Assembly: GCA_964016885.1 (NCBI GenBank)
Contig: OZ024740.1
Coordinates: 135,036,001-135,100,000 of the forward strand
DNA from: Eledone cirrhosa
Lineage: Eukaryota
Reading direction: 5' to 3'
DNA length: 64,000 nucleotides
The translations under genes and the position numbers were made by a program. Under the pieces are notes generated by a model. That model worked only from the letters and a program-made list of their open reading frames with translations. It was not told where the DNA came from and did no database searches. The stretch's first letter is position 1; every line of letters begins with the position of its first letter. Shown here in pieces: positions 54,758-64,000 of the stretch.

Positions 54758-54828
<71 letters not shown>

Positions 54829-55142
54829 ATGTGTGTGTATACGTGTATGTATATATATGTATGTGTGTATGTATGTATGTGTGTGTATATATGTGTATGT
54901 ATATGTATGTCTCTCTATATATATGTGTATCTTTGTATCTATGTGAGTATATATGTGTGTATGTACATGTATGCACATGTATATGTCTATGTGTGTATGT
55001 GTATATGTGTACGTATGTGCGCATATATATGTGAGTGTGTGTGTGTGTATATATATGTATGTCTATATATATATATATATATATATTATTTATTATTATA
55101 ATATAATATATGTATATATATATATATGTGAAAATATGTATA

Positions 55143-55175
<33 letters not shown>

Positions 55176-55441
55176 TGTATATTTGTAGTTGATGTGTGTA
55201 TATGTATGTATATATATGTGTGTGTGTATGTATGTGTGTATATATATGTATGTGTGTGTGTGTATGTGTGTGTGTGTATATATATATATACATATATGTA
55301 TATGTATGTGTGTGCATATTTGTCTGACTGTGTGTATTAATTTTTTTTTGTTTTTTTTTTTTGTTTATATATATGTATGTGTATGTATGTATGTATGTAT
55401 GTGTGTGCATGTCTATATATGTGTATGTGTATGTATGTATA

Positions 55442-55490
<49 letters not shown>

Positions 55491-55571
55491 CTTTGTGTGT
55501 GTGTATATATATGTATGTATGTGTGTATGTATGTGTTTGTATGTGTGTTTATGGTTGTACGTGTGTGTGGG

Positions 55572-55604
<33 letters not shown>

Positions 55605-56065
55605 GTGTATATGTATCTCTATTTATATGTGTATATATGTATATGTATATACCTTTTTCTTTGTATGTCTGAGTTGTGTGAGCGTGTAGTGGTGTTTGTA
55701 TGTATATACGCATATATGGATGTGTATGTATTTGTATATATGCGTATATGTAAGTGCGTATGTGTGTGTGAGTATATATCTATGTCTATGTATGAGTATG
55801 TATGTGTGTGTATGTATGTGTGTGTGTATGTATGTATGTGTGTATGTGTGTATGTATATGTGTGTATATATATGTATGTATATGTATGTATGTATGTATA
55901 TGTGTATGTATATGTATATATATGTATATATATATATATATATATTTATTATATGTGTGTGTGTGTGTGTGTATATATATCTTTATATATGTGTATGTGT
56001 ATGTATGTGTAGGTGTGTGTGTGTGAGTATATATGTATGTGTGTATATGTGTATGTATGTGTATG

Positions 56066-56116
<51 letters not shown>

Positions 56117-56261
56117 ATGTGTATGTGTGTATGTGTGTGTATATATATATATATATATATTTATGTATATATATATATTTATATGTGGGTATGTATGTGT
56201 ATGTGTGTATATATATGAGTGTATTTTTATATATATATATGTATGTAGGTGTGACTGTATA

Positions 56262-56302
<41 letters not shown>

Positions 56303-56364
56303 ATGTATATGTGTGTATATGTATGAGTGTGTATATATATACGAGTGTTGTGAGTGTGTATATA

Positions 56365-56425
<61 letters not shown>

Positions 56426-56920
56426 ATATATGTATATATATGTATGCGTGTATGTGTATATGTGTGTAAAAAAAAAATATATATATATATATATGTGTTT
56501 ATGTGTGTATGTGTCTATGTATTTATATGTGTATATGTATGTGTCTCTATATGTATGCGTCTATGTATGTGTATGTGTATTTATATGGTATGTGTATGTA
56601 TATGTATGTGTATGTATGTGTTTATATATATGTGTATGTATATGTATGTATATGTATGTGTGTGTATGCTTGTGTATTTATTTATATGTCTATATGTATG
56701 TATATCGATGTATACTTTTTATTTTACTTGTTTGTATATATATATGTGTGTGTATGTATATGTGTGTATATATATATATATGTGTGAGTATATATGTGTG
56801 TGTATATATGTGTATATGTATGTGTATATATATATGTATGTGTGTATATATGTGTATATATATATGTATATGTATATATATGTGTGTGTGTGTGTGGATG
56901 TATATATATATATATATATT
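54640..56920. repeat. Long (TA/TG)n compound microsatellite
   Basis: Directly visible. Confidence 0.98.
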
Positions 56921-57520
56921 TTCTTGATATATTTCTTTTTTCTTTTTCTTTTCTTTTTATTTCTAAGTTTATAGATACATCTATAAATAGGCAGTCTGCC
57001 GAAACCGTTGAATACTGACCTCTCCCCCCCTCCCACCTAATTTCTGTATCCTGATCTAAATATGTGTGGCAGTGTTTATGTGCGTGCATTAATGTCCATA
57101 TGCTTATGATAATACTATATGCACATATATATGTGTGTGGGGGTGTGTGTGTGTATGTATGTTCGTAGTTATGTGTATGTTTATGCATATACGCGCGTGT
57201 GTGTGTGAGTGTACGAATAGGTGTGAGTATATGAATGTGTGTATACATTTATTTCATATTTATGTGTCTATACGCATTTTATCTGTGGATTATAGACTTA
57301 CAGAGACATTAGCCTTGAATTTTTGTATTTGCATACATCTTTTTGGCATGCGTATGCATGTGAACATATATCTTTATGTAAATATGTGTACGAAGTTAAT
57401 TACATGTATATACACACACCAAACTGCATAAAATTTTTTGTATTTTCATTGGTCAATTTGAACTCTGTTCCCAAACGGACCTGAAATTTTGAATTGTTGT
57501 TATTATCAATAAATATATTT

Positions 57521-57663
57521 CATTATTTCTGAAGACGGCATATATATGTGTTGGGTATGTATATTTAATTTTGATAGTTTGTATAATTTTGTATAATTTT
57601 GTACATAGATCTGTTGAATATGCATGCCAATTCTAACACATATATATCCTAGAAACGATCGTT
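57521..57663 (+). ncRNA. Hammerhead family A; 3' strand of stem I replaced by (TA)n
   Basis: CAUUAUUU-CUGAAGA-[116 nt]-GAAACGAUCGUU then TA repeat. Confidence 0.68.
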
Positions 57664-57692
57664 TATATATATATATATATATACACATATAT

Positions 57693-57747
<55 letters not shown>

Positions 57748-57872
57748 TATATATATACACATATATTAACATTGCAGCCCTACCAAGAACTGACACCGTC
57801 CAATGGACGGGGGTCATTTGCTAGTATATATATATATGTGTATATGTATATATATATGTATATATATATGTA

Positions 57873-57904
<32 letters not shown>

Positions 57905-57905
<1 letters not shown>

Positions 57906-58750
57906 CATCATCATCAGCTTCGTTTAACGTCCATTTTCCAGGCTAGCATGGGTTAGATGGGAGTTGTCCCACTTGAGGCAAGGTTGGTCGAGTGACCGTG
58001 TCTCGCTCATATAGGACTATCTGGCAGGTTTTCTACGGCTGGAAGCCCTTCCTAACACCAAGCACATTTACAGTGTGGAATTGGGAACTTTTTACCGTGT
58101 TACCTACATGGCTACATTACAGCGTGGACGGTGTGTTTTTTCTCAATCTCATTATCTCGTTTATTTGGACTGGATGTTGTGGTACCAACTTTACAGAGAG
58201 AGGGTGGTGTTGGTGGGAGGATAGGGTAGGGGTAGTGGATTGGGGTGTATATTTGGTTAAGAGGTACCTACTGACTGTAGGTTTCGCTTTGTACATAGGC
58301 AAGGCGGGTCTTCTGTATTACTGCGGGGCACCAAAGATCTCAGTCCAGTGACATTGTCTTAGAGAGGTGTAAGTGTGTAAGGTCGGAATTAATAAATCGT
58401 CCCAGGTTTTTCTGGGTCTACATACTCTGTAACTTCCATCAATTTTGATCGCCCTGCACTTTTTTATACAGCTGTCGTCTTTCATGCATATCACGTGACC
58501 ATACCAAACGTAGTCTTCTGTCATGTAAACAGCATCTGATCCCTCTTATTCCTAATTTCTCACTTAGTTCATTTATGTTTTGCCGTTCACGTATATTACT
58601 ATTACATATCCAGCGGAGCATGCATGCTTCGTTCCTTTCCAATCTGTGCAGGTGCTCTGCACACAATGCCCATGTCTCACTGCCATGTAACATTGTTGTT
58701 CGTATCCAGGCATCATACTATCTGCCTTTCATTTTTAGAGAGAAACCTTT
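57905..58750 (-). mobile_element. RTE 3' fragment
   Basis: MLHGSETWALCAE peptide plus 3'UTR and tail. Confidence 0.9.
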
Positions 58751-58807
58751 TGTGGACTAAGCTCTGCTGTCGGGGTCATACTTTTTCTTATATATATATA
58801 TATATAT

Positions 58808-59139
58808 TTCATTTCATTTCACGTCCGCTTTTCCCTGCTTGCAAGGGTGGGACGGGAACTGATTCTGGCTTGATTTCTACAGCTGGATGCCCTTCCTAAC
58901 ACCAACCTCATTTACAGTGAGTGCTGGGTGCTTTTTTTCTATGGCGCCTACACAACCACTTTGCAGTGGTATGATATGGATCCCAGTCCCTAGCATCTCA
59001 TTTCTACAGCTGAGTAAACTGGAGCAATGTGAAATAAAATGTCTTGATCAAGGAAATAACACATCACCTGGTCTGAGAATTGAACTCACAACCTTTCGAT
59101 TGCAAGGCCAATTCTCTAACCACTAAGCCATGTGCCTCC
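58808..59139 (-). mobile_element. Same CORE-like SINE, full length
   Basis: Reverse complement of the 10476 copy. Confidence 0.88.
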
Positions 59140-59350
59140 AATATATATATATATATATATACTTGGGGAGGGTCATATTTGTGTAATAATATTGCCAGAA
59201 TTAATAACAGAACACACTGACTGTTTGGTTAGTTTTCGCTTCTGTGTCTTTTATATCGGTTAATTTAATTTCTTTATACGGTAATTCGATATACAGTAAG
59301 GGTTTCAGGAACGCATATATACCGTATATCGAGGACTCACTGTATATATA

Positions 59351-59383
<33 letters not shown>

Positions 59384-59673
59384 TTTTTGCCCGAGAAAAT
59401 ATCTGTGTGTGTCATCAAATGTTGTACACACATAGATATTTTTTCAATTTCCAATTGAGTTCTTAGCACGTGGCCTGAATCCCTTTCAGAGTTCATTGTC
59501 ACGCGCATGTATTATTTTTTTGACGGTAATTCACTTCCTCATTTTTTGAATCAGTTCGAGCACTTCTTTCAGAACTGCTGGACTGGCTACCTGACAGATA
59601 CCTCAGACACAGAAAGTGATTATCGCTAAATGCTGATGTTGGTTAGATTATCAATATTAGTGTTATTGGGGCA

Positions 59674-59800
59674 CCCACTGATGAATTATAGGAGCCCACT
59701 TGAATATATATCTATTGATGGTATACAAGCTCCTACATAAGTTGGTATAATTTCACCCAAATTGTAGGAGTCCTATAATGAAACGAGACGTCCGTCTGGG
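59674..59800 (+). ncRNA. Type-I hammerhead with canonical core and GUC site; branched 95-nt stem II
   Basis: CCCA-CUGAUGA-AUUAUAGGA...UCCUAUAAU-GAAACG-agacguc-CGUC-UGGG. Confidence 0.85.
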
Positions 59801-60039
59801 AAGAGATATATTAGATGTATCTCATATGAAATAATACAGCCAATTTTCCACGCAATACTTTTAGTTAGCACCCCAAACTCTTAATTTGGAATATAATCAC
59901 TTATTTCCTAATGTTTGTTGAGGGAGTTGGAATTTGGCCGGAGTATCGCTATAAAGCTTTCTCCGATATTGTATTTATATATATATATATGTATATAAAT
60001 TAATAAAAGCAAAGAACAGGTTCCTTATATTAAAAAAAT

Positions 60040-60183
60040 CATCATTTTACGATCGTTTCTGGGATATATATATGTGTATGTTAGTATGTATATCATATTA
60101 AAGATCTATGCAAAAAAAAGATTACAAATTATCAGAAGAGATATACATACCTTCACTTATATATGCCATCTTCAGAAATGATG
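60040..60183 (-). ncRNA. Type-I hammerhead motif, long-stem-II family A (covariant copy)
   Basis: CAUCAUUU-CUGAAGA-UGG..[109 nt]..CCA-GAAAC-GAUC-GUA-AAAUGAUG. Confidence 0.82.
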
Positions 60184-60328
60184 AAGTATGTTTATTGAAA
60201 GAAAGCATTACTACAAAAAGTTTGTTTGGGAACAGGTTTTAAATTGACAAATAGAAAGTTAGAGGTCAAGTTGATAGAATAACTATAGGAGAAATTTTAT
60301 GCTAGGAGTGGAGGAATATATATATGTA

Positions 60329-60659
60329 TCCGTCCCACCACCCCCACCCCATCCACACGGCCCCTTTCAATGTAAAGTTATGTTGGTGCCACAACATCCA
60401 GGCCGAAACAAATGAGATCGTGTAGGTGTCACGACAAAAAAACTCACAGTCCACGCTGTAATGTGGCCGTGTAGGCAACACAGTAAAAACCTCCCAGTCC
60501 CACACTGTAAATGTGGTTGGTGTTAGGAAGGGCATCCAGCTGTAGAAAATCCGCCAGACAGTCCTATGCGAGCAAGACAACCACTCTTGCCTCAAGTGGG
60601 AAAACTCCCGTCCAAACCCATGCAAGCGTGGAACATGGACGTTAAACGATGACGATGAT

Positions 60660-60660
<1 letters not shown>
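60329..60660 (+). mobile_element. RTE 3'UTR-only fragment
   Basis: Matches 15062-15400. Confidence 0.9.
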
Positions 60661-61686
<1,026 letters not shown>

Positions 61687-62960
61687 GTTATACTTTGGGA
61701 GGGTCATGTTGCCAATAAGAAACATACGCACCAGTTGCTTTCACTTCAATTTATTATTATAATAAATTTATAATAAATTTATAAATTTATAAATTTCTGG
61801 CTGGTTGGCTGGTTCCACAACTAAATGGGAAAAAATGGTAAATAATGACATAAATGGGACCTGCCCCTTGTATAGGAGCAAATTTTGGAATAGAATAGAA
61901 AGAACTAGGAACAAGGCTAATAGAATAAACTCATGGTATGATAGCAATAAATACCAGAGTGTAATGTTCATCGATACAACCCCTAGAGGTGAATTAGCTT
62001 ACAAATTTAGAAGGGCCCTAAATAAACATAAACTCAATATTAAGATAGTAGAAAGACCAGGTACCTCCGTAAAAACACTTATTAGCAAGACATACCCTTT
62101 TCAAAGACCCTCATGTATAGATAAGAAATGTATAACCTGTAAAATAAGCCCCCATATTAACTGTAAAACTAGAAATGTAGTGTATAGCATAAGATGTACT
62201 GAAGGACAATGTAGAGACAAAAATATAGTGTACATAGGTGAGACAGCTCGTAGTGTAGGGGAACGGATAAATGAACACTGGCGAGACCTTCAAGATAGTA
62301 AAGAATCATCTGTACTCTACCAACATGCTAAAATAGAACACAAGGGTAAATTAGAGAACATAGAAATAAAAATAGAATCTACACACAGAAAAGACGCAAT
62401 GTTTAGACAAATTACAGAGGCAATAAACATAAAAGAATTACAACCAAAATTAAATCGAAAATATGAGTGGAACAGCAACATCACAACTTACAATTAAGGA
62501 CAAAATGAAAACACACGCACACATAGAACAAACAACCAACCAGTAACATGTAAACAAACAAATAAATAAATGAACATAAACACACAGAGACACCCGGATG
62601 TGGCGCATGCGCAGACTGAGCCCACAACACACACACAGAAACAAAATGGCGTAGGACAGAACAAAGGAGAGGCACAGAAACAAAGAAAGGAATCCCCAGT
62701 CACTGAAGTGGTCACAGAGTGTGTGACGAAAGAACTATGACAATATATAAACAACTATCTGGTTGTGGAACCAGCCAACCAACCAGAAATTTATAAATTT
62801 ATAAATTTATTATAAATTTATTATAATAATAAACTGAAGTGAAAGCAACTGGTGCGTGTGTTTCTTATTGGCAACATGACCCTCCCAAAGTATAACAATA
62901 TCGGTTTCAACACACGATTTCAGATAAAGAATCTTGCTAAACAAATTCAGAAACGAAATA
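61687..62960 (+). mobile_element. Neptune/Nematis-like PLE, 5'-truncated, with inverted pLTR piece (61687-61822); GIY-YIG ORF ends at 62497; pLTR runs into ORF start [11 protein letters not shown]
   Basis: C..CxxC..C linker, NVVYSIRC, YIGETARS..ER..EH, RQITEAINI..LNRKYEW. 61687-61822 is the reverse complement of ~62761-62898. Confidence 0.92.
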
Positions 62961-63003
62961 TATATATATGTATATATATATATATGTATACATATATATA
63001 TAC

Positions 63004-63055
<52 letters not shown>

Positions 63056-63077
63056 GTATACATATATATATACATAT

Positions 63078-63164
<87 letters not shown>

Positions 63165-63807
63165 ATTTTTGACTTTAAATTTTCCAACCTCTTTAATATT
63201 GAATATTGATTATTAATTTTTTAACTTCATCCTATAAGTCTAAACATTGTAACACACCGACCCCCAATATATTCACCTCTGCTAAGATGCGGGTCCCTGT
63301 GAAAATTTTCTCGCACCACTCCTGGCCTGACTGTGGTCTGACATTAATATCGACCTTTCTCCCTCTTTCTTTCTATCTTCCTTCTTGTAGCCATCAACCC
63401 TTACTTTTCTACTTCTCCCTTCTCTTCCTTCTCTTCTCCCCTCTTCCTGTCTTCTTCCCGCAGACTTATCTTCCTTCCCCCTTTTGTTTGCCTATATCTG
63501 ACCGGTAGTAGTTGTCTTTCTTCTTATAGCTGACATTAACCCTGGCTTCTCTTCTTCTTCCTTCCCCCTTCTTCTCTTTCCTTCCTTTCTTTCTTTCTTT
63601 TATCTTGTGGCATGAGATTGACGCTAACTTATGTTCCCATCCCTTTCTGTTTTCGTTTATCTGACCGGTAGTAGCACACTGTAAACTTTAGCCACGTCAC
63701 TCAAGGGCGACCGGCTGAGGTTGAAGGAGCAGAATAGCGGTCGACCTCGGGTCCTCGATTTTCAGCCCCATGGATTTTATCTATTACCTTCACGTATTAT
63801 ATTTCGA

Positions 63808-63865
63808 ATACCTGATGATATCACCGGATTCATACGGAACCCGGTCATTGAAATGATCATAGTAT
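63808..63865 (+). ncRNA. Type-I hammerhead (AUA site)
   Basis: AUAC-CUGAUGA-..ACCGG..CCGGU..-GAA-AUGAUCAU-A-GUAU. Confidence 0.78.
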
Positions 63866-64000
63866 AATAAACCTTTCAAGGATTTACACAAGTCCAGCCT
63901 CCTGTCATTCCATTATAATATTTAACTCCGTAATAGCACCACCAACTACAAAAACAAAGACGGTTGAACTGCTTTACGTTGAGTACTCTCTATATTATTA

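Larger units (their letters stand above)
52890..57663 (+). mobile_element. Second Naiad-like PLE, 5'-truncated: GIY-YIG C-terminus (stop 53550), long AT/(TA,TG)n spacer, probable pLTR with hammerhead
   Basis: FPPNHKYHQILNRSTVKFSYSTT, CNCRNKANCPLKGNC, IVYKC..YIGAT..FKTRFNTH. Linking the ORF to the 57.4-57.66 kb terminus is inference. Confidence 0.75.

Overview
AT-rich, repeat-dense animal genomic DNA. The SINE/RTE repertoire and huge (TA)n/(TG)n tracts suggest a cephalopod, probably octopus (inference). One host gene is present: the 5' part of STK11IP (LKB1-interacting LRR protein) on the + strand, with six GT-AG coding exons at 26960-47153 that splice in frame; the gene continues beyond the window. 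The rest is nested retroelements: about 11 RTE-clade LINE copies (one with an uninterrupted ~970-codon APE+RT reading frame carrying a PHD-type finger inside RT), Naiad-like and Neptune/Nematis-like Penelope-like elements (PLEs) with inverted ends, CR1-like and CRE-like LINE fragments, two tRNA-SINE families and a TTAA MITE. The most unusual signal is about 16 type-I hammerhead ribozyme motifs from about 9 sequence families, read and folded by eye. Several carry a very large (60-116 nt) structured stem II, and one family shows a compensatory base-pair change between copies. Many lie in sense orientation inside the STK11IP transcription unit. No ribozyme activity is demonstrated.
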